Made by a program: the position numbers and the translations under genes. A stretch of DNA of 61,845 nt, the filler included, from Globobulimina sp. (taxonomy: Eukaryota): the NCBI GenBank assembly GCA_003354225.1. It is 16 parts of 16 records of this genome, joined end to end, with 100 filler letters (N's around TTAATTAATTAA, not from the genome) between each part and the next. Parts side by side here need not be neighbours in the genome. Positions count along the whole stretch, not along the records: positions 11,628 to 15,400 come from PIVH01002114.1; positions 15,501 to 19,273 come from PIVH01002115.1; positions 19,374 to 23,144 come from PIVH01002116.1; 13 more parts are not named here. One strand, 5' to 3'. The first letter of the stretch is position 1; each line of letters begins with the position of its first letter. Shown in pieces: positions 11,628-23,244 of this stretch. The notes under the pieces were generated by a model, which saw nothing but the letters and a program-made list of their open reading frames with translations, had not been told where the DNA came from and made no database searches.

Positions 11628-12269
11628 TTTCTATCGCAAATGAAATGTATATCAAAGGCTTCAAATAAATTGCTAGCCTCATCCGGTGATCGCAGTGTTA
11701 AATTATGGGATATTAAAAAAGAAAAATCAATTAAAACGTATATAAACCATACGCAAGATGTTGAATGTGTGGATGTCAATATCGAGAGAACATTGTTTGT
11801 CTCCGGTTCTGTGGATAATATGATATATGTCCATGACTATAGAATTGATGAAAAAGATGATTCAAAGTCCACAAAATTAAGATTTAAAGGACATAGTCAG
11901 GACGTAAATGCAGTGAAATGGTGTCCTGACAACAATGCATTTTTAAGTGGTTCCGAAGATTCAACGGTAAAACTATGGGATTTGCGATCAATGCAACAAT
12001 TAAATGAATATAGTGATCGACATAAATCGAGCGAGGATTTAAGTGTAACAAGTATCGATTGTTCCAAATCTGGATATTATGTTATTGCCGGCTTTGATGA
12101 AGCACCCTGTTGTATGATATGGAATGTTATGACTTCAAGAATGGCATTGAATGATGATAGACAAAAACAATTAGTGCATCCATCGAGGGTCTCTTGTTTA
12201 GAAGTGTCTCCAAAAGGCAATTCTATTGCTACCGGTTCTTGGGATACTACTGTTCGACAATGGAATTGA
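11628..12269 (+). CDS. GNB: Heterotrimeric G-protein beta subunit-like WD40 protein, 5' truncated
   Basis: GHSQDVNAVKW, SGSEDSTVKLWDLRS, SKSGYYVIAGFD, and a C-terminus RVSCLEVSPKGNSIATGSWDTTVRQWN that matches the G-beta ending. Confidence 0.85.
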   Translation, partial: FLSQMKCISKASNKLLASSGDRSVKLWDIKKEKSIKTYINHTQDVECVDVNIERTLFVSGSVDNMIYVHDYRIDEKDDSKSTKLRFKGHSQDVNAVKWCPDNNAFLSGSEDSTVKLWDLRSMQQLNEYSDRHKSSEDLSVTSIDCSKSGYYVIAGFDEAPCCMIWNVMTSRMALNDDRQKQLVHPSRVSCLEVSPKGNSIATGSWDTTVRQWN

Positions 12270-12362
12270 TTTATTTTGTATTGTTATTATATAAATGAAA
12301 AGAAGTTTTTTAAAGTAACACACTACGTACCATCCGTCTAAACCACGTGCCACGAACATACA

Positions 12363-13446
12363 ATGTTGGAACCAATTTATTCGGCATTTAACCTGATAAT
12401 ATGGTTGTTAAGCGCTTTATTGTGGATTATTTGGTGGTTACTTGTTATAATCGCTATCATTACATTCATTGGATTCATCAATGTGCGATTCTACACTAAA
12501 AACAACGGTATATAATCCCTTTCAAATTACACAGTGTACAAACAACATTGATATTTGATAACAATCAGCTGAATTCGCAGACATTCTACGAGATGAAGAA
12601 GCATTTAATAATTCCCTACGATCTCAACGAAAACAACAACAACAAAATAAATCATTATCACAAAATTCGAGTGATTCAGATGCAGATTCAGATGATAACG
12701 AAGAGTGTAATGAGGATGAGGAGGATGAGACTCATGACACAATATCAAATCCAGCATCTCATTCAACCCATAAACGTAGTCGTCGCGGTCGCGGTCATCG
12801 TGGCTCAAAAACAAACGTACCCTCTGATATTACACCAACATGGAAAATGTCAAAAAGAATGAAAACTGTGACCGCTGAAAAGAAAATAAATCAGCAAGAA
12901 TCATCTCCATCACACTCAGTCTCATCTGATTCCACACATTCTATACAGTCTATACATTCAACCTCTGTCTCTGTCTCTGTCTCACAAACACTTTATAATA
13001 ATCTAAGCACACAACATCTATCCATACCATCTGCAGAGCCAACAGAGGATATAAATAATATGAATAATGCATCACATTTTCAGTTTAGGTTAACGCCTAG
13101 AATGAGGAGAAAGAGAATGGAAAATAACAAACGGAACGAAGCTCGGATTTATAGTCCCTCACCAAATGAATATCAGGTATTATCAGATGAGAATGATAAA
13201 TTTGAGCCATTGGATGATGAGGGAACACCAAATATCAATATGGATAAATTAGAATTTGATATGGATAAAATGGAATGTTTTGATGATTTATATAATTTTA
13301 TGGAACAATTTGCAATTAACAATATCAAAATTAATGGATCTGTAAAATCAGTCATTCAGAATTTTCTTGGAAGTGAAGCTTTGAAACTAAAGAGTTTTGA
13401 GCAAGCATTATTGCGACAAAAATTGTTGGAAATGTCGACAAAATAA
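12363..13446 (+). CDS. Hypothetical protein with N-terminal TM anchor and acidic/Ser-rich disordered region; 2 exons
   Basis: Exon 1 (MLEPIYSAFNLIIWLL...) is missed by the ORF track. Intron 12508-12568 joins it in frame to ORF 12847-13446. Confidence 0.7.
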
Positions 13447-13723
13447 ATATTTAATTAATTATATACAGTGTCAGTAGTTGACAGTTGTAATATGTTTCGA
13501 ATGTGTGTTAATTGTAGTGTTTTTAGTGTTTTTGTTTATTTCGCCATCATTTATTCATAATATTATACTATTGGTTCAATTCGTGAGTTTGTTAAGTAAA
13601 AATGTTTTTCGTTTTTAATCTGCTCAGAGTAACTTGCAAACTCAAAATAATCAGATCATCTGCGTTAATTTGATAATATGATTTATATCAGGATTCAGGA
13701 GGACTGTCAACTTTATCATATTC

Positions 13724-13816
13724 ATGTGTAGATTATGAACCGGATAATTCTATAAATGTGTAGATTATGCAGAATGTGTAGATTATGAAGCGGTAATTCT
13801 ATAAATGTGTAGATTA
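13724..13816. repeat. Four ATGTGTAGATTA cores in an irregular tandem repeat
   Basis: Cores are separated by 20, 6 and 19 bp. The two long spacers are near-identical. Confidence 0.9.
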
Positions 13817-13910
13817 AGTATCATAAATAGACTCTAATTTTAGAATTAAAATTGCCATCAACATCAACCTACTCAACCATCAAGATTCAAAAGTCAAAAC
13901 AGAAGAAAAG

Positions 13911-15400
13911 ATGATCGAGTTTTCAGGAATAAGTTATTCTGTTTCTAAATGGACCATTTCCTCGCCGCAAACATGGTTTACTGAACCAACGAACATTATA
14001 CACAAAGAAACAAAGACAATTCTCCACGATATTAGTGGAACAATTCCAAATCGTTCTTTCTGTGCAGTGGTAGGAAAATCGGGAGCAGGCAAAACAACAT
14101 TTATTCAGATGTTAGCAAACGTAAATAAGTTAGGCATAAAAAAAGGTGTTATCTCAACTGCACACAAAGACGATGCAGTCGTATTTGTAGCTCAAATTCC
14201 AAATCTTCCAAACTCAGAAACTGTAGAACAAATTATTAGGTTTGCATTTTATGCGACTTCCGATGAATACGTTCCAAAAGCAAAAGTACAAGAAATGGTA
14301 GATTCAATTTTGAGAGATTTATGTTTAGAGAAAATACGATCGCAACAAATCCGTAATTTAAGTGGTGGGGAAAAGAAGAGAGTTTCGATTGGTATGCAAC
14401 TGCTTAGAAATCCAAAGGTATTGGTCCTCGATGAACCAACATCCGGACTTGATACAATTACTGCATTCGCTCTGTTAAAGACATTGAAAACATTGACTAA
14501 ACAAAGAAATTGCACAATCATAGTATCGATACATCAACCATCGATTACAATGATTGATTTTTTTGATCATTTAATTTCATTGAAAGATGGCTATATTGTT
14601 TTTGCAGGACCACCAAAGGATGCTGTATCAAATCGGCAATCATTTATGGATAAATTGGACATTGATTATCATGGCTGCAAGGCGGTGAATTGTGTCGATT
14701 ATTTGATGGAAACAGAACATTTGGTGACAGATACATTTAAATTACATCGTTGTCGGCAAGAAAGTATGGAGCTAAATATGGCATTGTGCACTGATGTCGA
14801 GTCTGAGAGTGCTGTTGGTTTAATCAGTCCAGCTGGAGATAAAGGTAAAAGTAAACATTTTCATTTTCGGAGAAATTGGAATGCATTTTGTGGTTTAAGT
14901 GCCCGTGCATTTAGACACTATGTCAATAATCCAACGCTGGTAATTTTAAATTTGATGATCAACGTATTTTGTGCTACAATTTTAGGTCAATTATATGGAA
15001 AAATGGGCAGAGAACAAGACGATATTCAAAACAGATTTGGGGGGTTGGCGTTTTGTTTATTGTTTATTGGAATGCAGTCGGTATGTTATGCTGGACACTT
15101 CTTTGAAGAAAGATTAGTTTTTCTTGACGAATATAATGCAAAATTATATGGTGTAATCTCGTATTTATTATCACAACTTGGACCAACTTTATTTTTATTA
15201 AGAATGATACCGACACTCGTATTTGCGATTATATTTTTTATTTCTGTTGGATTTCAAGAACATACATTTGCTGAATTTACTTTGATTTTATTATTGCTGT
15301 GTGTAGTGACAACACTTTGTGTATATGCAATATCAGCAGCTTGCAGTAGTCTTTATCGAGCCATTTGGACAGCAATTTTCATCAATTTATTGTTTTTATT
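13911..15400 (+). CDS. ABCG (White-family) half transporter, 3' truncated
   Basis: Walker A GKSGAGKTT, signature LSGGE, Walker B LVLDEPTSGLD and SIHQP, followed by a TM domain (NBD-TMD order). Confidence 0.95.
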
Positions 15401-15500
15401 NNNNNNNNNNNNNNNNNNNNNNNNNNNNNNNNNNNNNNNNNNNNTTAATTAATTAANNNNNNNNNNNNNNNNNNNNNNNNNNNNNNNNNNNNNNNNNNNN

Positions 15501-15945
15501 AATGCCCCCTCCTCTGCTCCCACCCAACCTCCCACCGATGCACCATCCTCCGCACCGTCACAACCACCCACCACCGCACCTAGCAGCGCACCTACAAACG
15601 CGCCGTCCTCTGCTCCCACGCAACCACCGAGCTCTGCGCCCACCTCACCACCAACAAATGCCCCCAGTACTGCACCGAGTATTGCCCCGAGCTTAGCTCC
15701 CACACTCAATCCAACATTAGCTCCCAGTACAGCGCCTACCTCACCACCTACAAATGCGCCCAGTGCTGCACCGAGCTTAGCACCTACATTGGCTCCGAGT
15801 ATCGCGCCAAGCTTAGCGCCCAGTAATGCTCCCACCTCACCGCCCAGCACTGCCCCTACCTCACCACCCACTGCAGCACCAAGTAATGCGCCCAGTATTG
15901 CGCCCAGCGCAGCACCCACATTAACACCGACCGGAGCTCCCCATA
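15501..15945 (+). repeat. Coding tetrapeptide repeats (xAPS/xAPT/xPPT)
   Basis: 12-bp periodicity encoding NAPS-SAPT-QPPT-DAPS and similar units. Confidence 0.9.
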
Positions 15946-18900
15946 GCACTGTCACATTACCACCATCGCGGTCGCCTAGCAGGCGACCAAATGATGGCAC
16001 ACCTTCACCAACACGGGAAGAGATACCTGATGGTGGCGAGATACCCGACATCCAGTTCCCACCCATTGTATTGAGTGCTTATTTTAACGTGGAAGGCACT
16101 GCGATAACCGTTATATTTGATATTGAGACTAATATGCCTACGCATTCGGACATGCATGACACGTGTTACTATGTCTTGTCGTTGAGTGATGATTCTGCGC
16201 TCGGGAATAATGCACTTTGTGTGTGGAAATCGAGCACCACACTTGTGATTACATTGGATGTGTCCAGCGCGAATATCAGACCCTCGGATAACTTGCGTAC
16301 ATTGACCAATGTGGTGGACAGATGGGGCACATTCACGACTGGTATATCTGCCTATTTTGCTGTATACGCACCGTTGCAAACTATACCGATTGTAGCGGAG
16401 ATTAATGGGCCGAATAAAGTCGGTCAATGTGCGCGGTTTATACTATCGTCTGCGTCGTTGGGAGTGAAGGATGCGAGCTTATCTATGTGGCGATTACTGT
16501 CACCACAACCCAATGGATTACAGACGGTGTATTATGGGAATACGTTAAGTATCGATGCCAATGAGTTTGGGACTTATTTAGGTGATGTCCAGATATCATT
16601 GACGGTGACAAATTGGATTGGTGTCTCTGATGTGACTGCCATTAATGTAGCACGAGTGGCCATTGATGCGCCGGTCATATCCATTGCGGGCAAAACCATA
16701 CAAATCATGGACACTTCGCAGGAATATACGTTAATATCGAATGCGTTTTTAGCTTCATGCACAGGTACATTTTCCTATTGATTTCTGTTTCTTGTTAATA
16801 CCCAAAATTACAGGGACTTCTATATGGCAAATTGAGTTCCAATGGATGCAGATTACTGATCATAATCAGATCATTACCGATGGCATAGATACGAGCGCGT
16901 TAATTACGGGCATTACATATGACGATATATTAAGCTTTGAGTATGACTCAACGAGCTCACTTTCGATCCCTGCGTTTGGATTAAAGGACGACAATTCGTA
17001 TTTATTTTATGTCTACGCCTCCAATGGCGGTGATTTCACGGATGCGAATACCACCGCCTTTGCGTACGTTATTGTCACTGCCTTCGATATACCATTCGTG
17101 AAAACCGTACACCAGAAAACTATCGGCACGGACGCATTCAATTTATATTATCACGATTTGTTTGAGTTTCCCAGAGGAGCAGCTCCAGTCAATACCCATT
17201 ATACTTATACATGGAATTGCAGCCATGCTAAAATCCCGAACGGCGTAGCTCTATCCTCCGCGGATAAGAACCATATCCATGAGTTTGGCTATGCATTCAC
17301 AGAGTGCGTATTTGCCAACGTGTCAGATTATGTCACCAATAACGGACAGTTCCCTATGAGTGATACTGTGCCATTTGCGTTGCATTTCGGTGAGTTTACC
17401 TTTCTGCCCAATAGTGTTTATATAATCAGCTTAGAAATCGCGGATAATAATTATTATTTTGCTGCCAAAACCTCCTCAGTCTCATTGTTTACAAAACCAG
17501 CGCCGTTGCCCGACATTACCATCGTGTCTACCATCGGTGCGATGAACCCAAACGACCACGCTGTTATATCAGTGACTGTGTCGCCATTCGATGCTGTCAT
17601 TACGTGGAAAGCGACTGATTCAGTCTCTGCTTTATTGCCAGTGGACCTATATTCGTTGTCTTATATTGCGATTAAGGAGGAAATTGATATAAGTAACGAT
17701 CAAATGATATCCAATCTAGTCTTGAATCCTGATTTCGATTTGGATGTTGATAACACCAAACGGTGCAGTAATGATGGTAGCGCAGCATTTGCGGCCGGGA
17801 AGGAATATAGTTTTACAGTTTGGGCCAGGAAAGCTGGCACAGCAAATACCATCGACTATTATGCATCGACCAATGTGATTGTCACTATAAACTCAGCTCC
17901 GACGGGCGGAACTTGTGCGGTTTCGCCCACCATCGGACAAGCTGTGGACGCACAGTTTGTATTTTCCTGTGAAAACTGGTACGATCCGGACGGTGATTCG
18001 GAGAAATTGACATATAATTTCATGTCAAATAATGTGTTTTTAGGCGAGGACTTCTCGACCAGTTCGTATTTATCCTCAGTTATAGGCAGTACTGACGTGA
18101 CTATGACTGCCTATATCAAAGACGAAGATGGACTGAATACGTGTTATGATATACCGATTACTGTGACACCGCGCTTTGATGGAGAGGATGAGCAGCAAAT
18201 GACGGTGACTATTGATGGCGATATGGTTGCTATTCAGGCCTATTTAGTGTCGCAGTCCATCGCCAATACGTTGCAGAGTGCATTAGCAGTTTCGCAAATG
18301 ATTCAGGAGCTTTCCAATGAGTTTGGTAACGGCAATTTCACCAAAACATTGAATCGGTATAAAAGCAGTTTGATGCAATTTGTGATGCAATCGCAGGATA
18401 ACTCTGCGCAATCTATAAACAGCGCATTGCAGCATATCCAAACTGTGAATGAAATGCTAACTGAACAGGTAACGGACGGCGTGGATGCGTGCTCCATTGA
18501 TTTTGGCACAGCGGATGGCATATTATTATGGATTGAGCAGATGCTAGAAAATTATCAAAAAACATCCACCTCCGATTCTAATATATTGCTGCCACCAATG
18601 TTGAGCTTATTGGCGAAAATACAAAACAAAGCATTGCATAATCACATAGTCGAAGATGAAGGTAATGTGACACAGCAAATATTGCAAGGAACAGTGGATA
18701 TAACTATGAGTACTTTTACCTATGGTTTACAAGGACGGGTATTGGGCGAACAAATCACGCATAACACCGACATACTCGACGGTATGGCTATGCGCACACG
18801 GCCCAATCCGGACAGTTTTGCGTGTCCCAGCAGCATTGGACCGAAACTTAATTTTCCCAATGCATTTTTCAACGGTATGCTGAATTTTGAATCCGTTGCT

Positions 18901-19273
18901 TGTGGCATCATCAAAATGCAGTCAGATTATTTCGGATTTGATGCATTTGTAAGTACAGAAATATTTGAATTCGATGTATTGGCAATTGATGACAATGAGG
19001 GAGTGGTTGCGGCCAATCCCAGTGTGTCATATTCATTTAATCAACGCAGACGACAGAGGAGAAGACGCAGACTGCAAATAAGCGAGGATGTCAATGTAAC
19101 ACTCGATGATAATGCCACATTGACTGCCTGCGAATCCATTGTATTCTCATTGGACTTAACAACGGAGGCAAGTGAGATATTCTTTGACGATATCGAAGCT
19201 GAAGCAAATAAAACAATTTATATCCCAACTTGCAAGTTTTATGATGTCGCTATTGAAGCATGGTCCTCTGCGG
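15501..19273 (+). CDS. Large polycystin-1-like surface protein fragment: APS/APT mucin repeats, REJ-like region, start of a GPS motif
   Basis: The frame is open from the contig start, with intron 16765-16813. REJ-type segment NSAPTGGTCAVSPTIG...FSCENWYDPDG. The contig ends in CKFYD...WSS (GPS-like). Confidence 0.75.
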
Positions 19274-19374
19274 NNNNNNNNNNNNNNNNNNNNNNNNNNN
19301 NNNNNNNNNNNNNNNNNTTAATTAATTAANNNNNNNNNNNNNNNNNNNNNNNNNNNNNNNNNNNNNNNNNNNNT

Positions 19375-21147
19375 CAACCATTTGCAAAGAATATCTTTAA
19401 TTTATTAGTTGCATCGAATGATGATTTATTATTCAATTTTGAGGGTTTGATGATTGATAATCACAAATTATCCGTTGAATATGCTAAATATTTATCAGAT
19501 GTTATTATTAATTTGGATGATTTTGATAAATATATAAATAGTAATATTCTAATTAATAATCAATGCAATGCATCACAAATGTTATCATTGTGCAATAAAT
19601 TTAAATCTTTGAAACAATGTAACTTTCATTCTTTAATCAAACAGCAAAATATCATTAAATTATTATGTTTGATGGATAAATCATTTTTTTTCAAGGTTTT
19701 AATCAAATTAATTATTAATTATGACAATATTCAATCTTATTTGCAAATATTTGACGCGGATAAGTTTTGTCAAATAATTGAAACTGACATTGATATCATT
19801 GCTTATTATTCATTAAAACAAAGCGATTCACGCAATAATGCATTCTGCATAAAAAATTTATGTGTTCTTTGTGATAAATTTAAAGTGAAATTTGTGGTGA
19901 ATACATTTTTAATATCACAAATATATGATTTATTAACCAATATTAACATGGATATAGTTGCTTTATTTAATCATATAAATATAGAAAAAATACCAAAAAA
20001 TGTAGGAATTATATTATGTAATTATTGTTTTACTGCGTTGATTGCATCAGAAAATAACAGAGATTTTGAGAATGGACTCATTGAATTAATATTAAAATTG
20101 TGTAAATACGACAAGAGAGTCAGTAAAGAACCAATCGAATTATGTATTTCTTACATTTTATGCCAACAATTGAATGGTGAGAAAATTAGCAAATTAAAGT
20201 CAAATCCAAAAAAAAACAAAAAACAAAAACACACAAAAACATTAACTCCGAAAATACGAATAAATCCGTATGCCACGGCATTATTAAAACAAATTGATAA
20301 GGAAAATATGCATAAATTTGATGCATTGAAAAAAATAATACATGAAAATAATAGAAAAAAACAAGAATTTAAACAGGAAGATAACAATAATAACAATGCT
20401 ATGCCAAAGAATGAAAAAGAGGCCAAAACATATGAATTATGTTGGTATTTACTCTCAAAATTGTGTGTATTTTATGTGCCATATTTATCGGAGTTCATTC
20501 AACAAATATTGCCAGGAATCCATTTGGAACCTTCACAATCGCGGTACACAGAATCGGTGCAAAAAGGGACAGTTTTAATGTTTGACCACGACATTTTAGT
20601 TTTGTTTGAAGCCTATCCCGATTTATTAATGATAATAAAATTATTTTGTGTTCATAGCAAACTCTCTGAAAATAACAGCACACACAACGACATATTGGTG
20701 TATTTACGCAGTTTATGTGTTTCATATTATATAAAATGCACAAAATATACAAAAGCATTGAAAGTGAATGGTAAGAAGTGCATGGCGCGAAATAGAAATA
20801 GAAATAGAGATAGAAAGGAAGAGTATGATCAATTTTATGGTGTTTGTAATGTATTATTTGAGTGTATATATTTGAGCGAGAAGATATCGTTAAAATTTTA
20901 TAAAATGGTGGGATTATTATTTGATTTGGATTTGAATGAAATTGGTAAATTATTTCGTCATATTTGTAATTTATGTCTGCAGCCCCAACAAAATCAAATT
21001 GTGGCAAAATCCGCACCGTCTTTTCCATTGAAATTAAATCAGAAAATGCTAGAAACAGAAAAACGAGTGATTCGACAAATATTATTACAAAATACTGATT
21101 TAATGAGCAAACACGTCGTCTTTGTGGCCTCCATACTGTCAAAGTGA
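19375..21147 (+). CDS. Hypothetical alpha-helical protein, 5' truncated
   Basis: An open frame of more than 560 codons in AT-rich DNA; no motif recognised. Confidence 0.7.
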   Translation, partial: QPFAKNIFNLLVASNDDLLFNFEGLMIDNHKLSVEYAKYLSDVIINLDDFDKYINSNILINNQCNASQMLSLCNKFKSLKQCNFHSLIKQQNIIKLLCLMDKSFFFKVLIKLIINYDNIQSYLQIFDADKFCQIIETDIDIIAYYSLKQSDSRNNAFCIKNLCVLCDKFKVKFVVNTFLISQIYDLLTNINMDIVALFNHINIEKIPKNVGIILCNYCFTALIASENNRDFENGLIELILKLCKYDKRVSKEPIELCISYILCQQLNGEKISKLKSNPKKNKKQKHTKTLTPKIRINPYATALLKQIDKENMHKFDALKKIIHENNRKKQEFKQEDNNNNNAMPKNEKEAKTYELCWYLLSKLCVFYVPYLSEFIQQILPGIHLEPSQSRYTESVQKGTVLMFDHDILVLFEAYPDLLMIIKLFCVHSKLSENNSTHNDILVYLRSLCVSYYIKCTKYTKALKVNGKKCMARNRNRNRDRKEEYDQFYGVCNVLFECIYLSEKISLKFYKMVGLLFDLDLNEIGKLFRHICNLCLQPQQNQIVAKSAPSFPLKLNQKMLETEKRVIRQILLQNTDLMSKHVVFVASILSK

Positions 21148-21156
21148 AGTTAGATT

Positions 21157-22698
21157 TTAATAATAACATAGATTGATACATCGCGGAGGCTGTCCATTGT
21201 TCGCCTTTCTTGCTGCACTCTTTTCATTCTCTTTGATACGATCACCTAATTTACGGCTCACGTATTTCGTTGAAAACGTACATCCGATCTTATTGTTCAT
21301 ATAACTGTGAAATACTTCCATTGTCCACTCCAAATTGACATCAATATACAAATATGATGGGAAAAATATAACATCTGCCTTCATCCAATAATAATCGATG
21401 CAAATACATGGACCTGTCACATTATACATATTTATTAATATTCCATCGCGTTGCTCTACATTTAAGTTTATTGCCTTCAATGCTAATTGTTTATATTTTG
21501 CATATTTATTGTAATTGACATGTACGCATTCTTTGCTTTTTGTGATTGGCCATAACTTTGTCTGATCGAATGTATTCGAATAACTTTGTCTGAGCTCTTT
21601 TGCTTCAAATAAATCATTTTGACAATGCTTGCTTTTGCTTTTCTTGGTCGACACAGTCAAATCGAATGCAAACATAAATACAACGCCTTCTTCTTCATAT
21701 TTTCCACTATTTTCCCTTGTTTCATTGAAAACATTTATTAAGTCATTTACTTTCATTTTAGTCGGGTTGATATTTTCGATTATTTTAAACCCAAAACCTA
21801 CACAATTTAAAATAAGATATGATTTTGGATACGATATCGATGGGTTTTTGCTGATATGTTTTGCAGAAAACAATAAATATATTTCATTTGAAGGGAATAA
21901 TAACTCGTTTTCAGCAAATGTTTGCTTCAAACAATGAATTCTTTGTATTCCTCTATGATCATAATAATGAAACGGCGCTAACTGTGTTAATTGCGGATAT
22001 TTCATAAATAAATGGGTTTGAATCAAAGTATTAATTTCATGGAATGTCATCCCGTATAATATATTCATCGTAAATGACTTGAATATATCTCTCGGTAAGA
22101 AATTAATTTTAATTTGAGTAACACCTAAAAATTTCATAATCATTTTACAAATATTTAAATCTAAAACCTTTTGGGACATATTAGCAATAATAATATTATC
22201 TGCCTTCAATAAATATGGTATTTTTAAATATTTCTCATTGAACTTTGTAGTTAAACTAAATTGAGCGTTTTTAGGATTATTAGGATTGAATTGTTCATCG
22301 TGGATACTTAATAATATTCGTTGTGCTGTATTGTGCGGTGTAGGTGACTCAGGAAAATACACCAAATTATCACTCCATGTATTTGATAGACTGGTAATGT
22401 TAACATCTGATACACAATCAACACTATTTGGGTTGGAACAAAGCCATTCATATTCAATGCCTGCATTATATCCAAGTCGAGGTGTGATAAACATTCTGAT
22501 TCGATGATAATCATAGTCATGTTCCATATCACTATATGCGTCAGAATATGCCTGTTCTGTCAATTTAGTCTCTATGGTTGATACGTGATATCGAATAGAC
22601 GCAGTGGTTGCGATTTCATAACAATTAAATGTTTGGCAACTGCTCCATTCTGAGTGGGAAGACATGATTGAGACTGAGAGTGCAGTCCCGAAAAACAA
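21157..22698 (-). CDS. Hypothetical protein; the upstream ORF 22704-23009 may be a frameshifted 5' part
   Basis: 513-codon ORF. Its stop is only 9 bp from the stop of the convergent gene. Confidence 0.6.
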   Translation of the reverse strand: MFFGTALSVSIMSSHSEWSSCQTFNCYEIATTASIRYHVSTIETKLTEQAYSDAYSDMEHDYDYHRIRMFITPRLGYNAGIEYEWLCSNPNSVDCVSDVNITSLSNTWSDNLVYFPESPTPHNTAQRILLSIHDEQFNPNNPKNAQFSLTTKFNEKYLKIPYLLKADNIIIANMSQKVLDLNICKMIMKFLGVTQIKINFLPRDIFKSFTMNILYGMTFHEINTLIQTHLFMKYPQLTQLAPFHYYDHRGIQRIHCLKQTFAENELLFPSNEIYLLFSAKHISKNPSISYPKSYLILNCVGFGFKIIENINPTKMKVNDLINVFNETRENSGKYEEEGVVFMFAFDLTVSTKKSKSKHCQNDLFEAKELRQSYSNTFDQTKLWPITKSKECVHVNYNKYAKYKQLALKAINLNVEQRDGILINMYNVTGPCICIDYYWMKADVIFFPSYLYIDVNLEWTMEVFHSYMNNKIGCTFSTKYVSRKLGDRIKENEKSAARKANNGQPPRCINLCYY

Positions 22699-23039
22699 AT
22701 ATCTTAATAGTCATATTCACCACTGGCAGTGTGATAATTAAGCTGTAACAATCTAACCTCATTTATCTCTCTTTGCGACCACATAAAATAATAATTCTTA
22801 AATGACTCACTGTATTCACTTTTTCTTGTATTATAAGAGGTGGAATAGCTTCCTTGACAAATTACTATTTTTTCAATGCATTGCAATGAAGGAAGCAACA
22901 GTTTATGCAATATATCTGGCAATGATTTCTCGTTTGCGATCCATTCTGGACGTTTCTCATATTTTCCATTTTTCCTTTTCTTCAATATATACCAATTCGG
23001 CAAATACAATGTTTTGCATTCATGGATATTAATAGGATA

Positions 23040-23144
23040 TTATGGTTTTTGGGACAAAATATCGGTGATATTTTCGTTTTTTGGAATTGGGACTGATATT
23101 TTTGGTTTTTGGGTATCGCGATCCCCGAAGGGGTCGCGATATCC
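23040..23144. repeat. Repeat-like segment ending in a GC-rich hairpin at the contig edge
   Basis: TGGTTTTTGGG occurs twice. Hairpin TATCGCGATCCCC-GAA-GGGGTCGCGATA at 23114-23141. Confidence 0.6.
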
Positions 23145-23244
23145 NNNNNNNNNNNNNNNNNNNNNNNNNNNNNNNNNNNNNNNNNNNNTTAATTAATTAA
23201 NNNNNNNNNNNNNNNNNNNNNNNNNNNNNNNNNNNNNNNNNNNN

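Noticed and set aside
13724-13816. Similarity to the Cas12a repeat end (TGTAGAT)
   Set aside because: The core is only 12 bp, the spacers are duplicated and of unequal length, and the repeat hairpin is absent.
15449-16066. Gly/Ala/Val-rich minus-strand ORF
   Set aside because: It is the antisense shadow of the APS/APT coding repeat.
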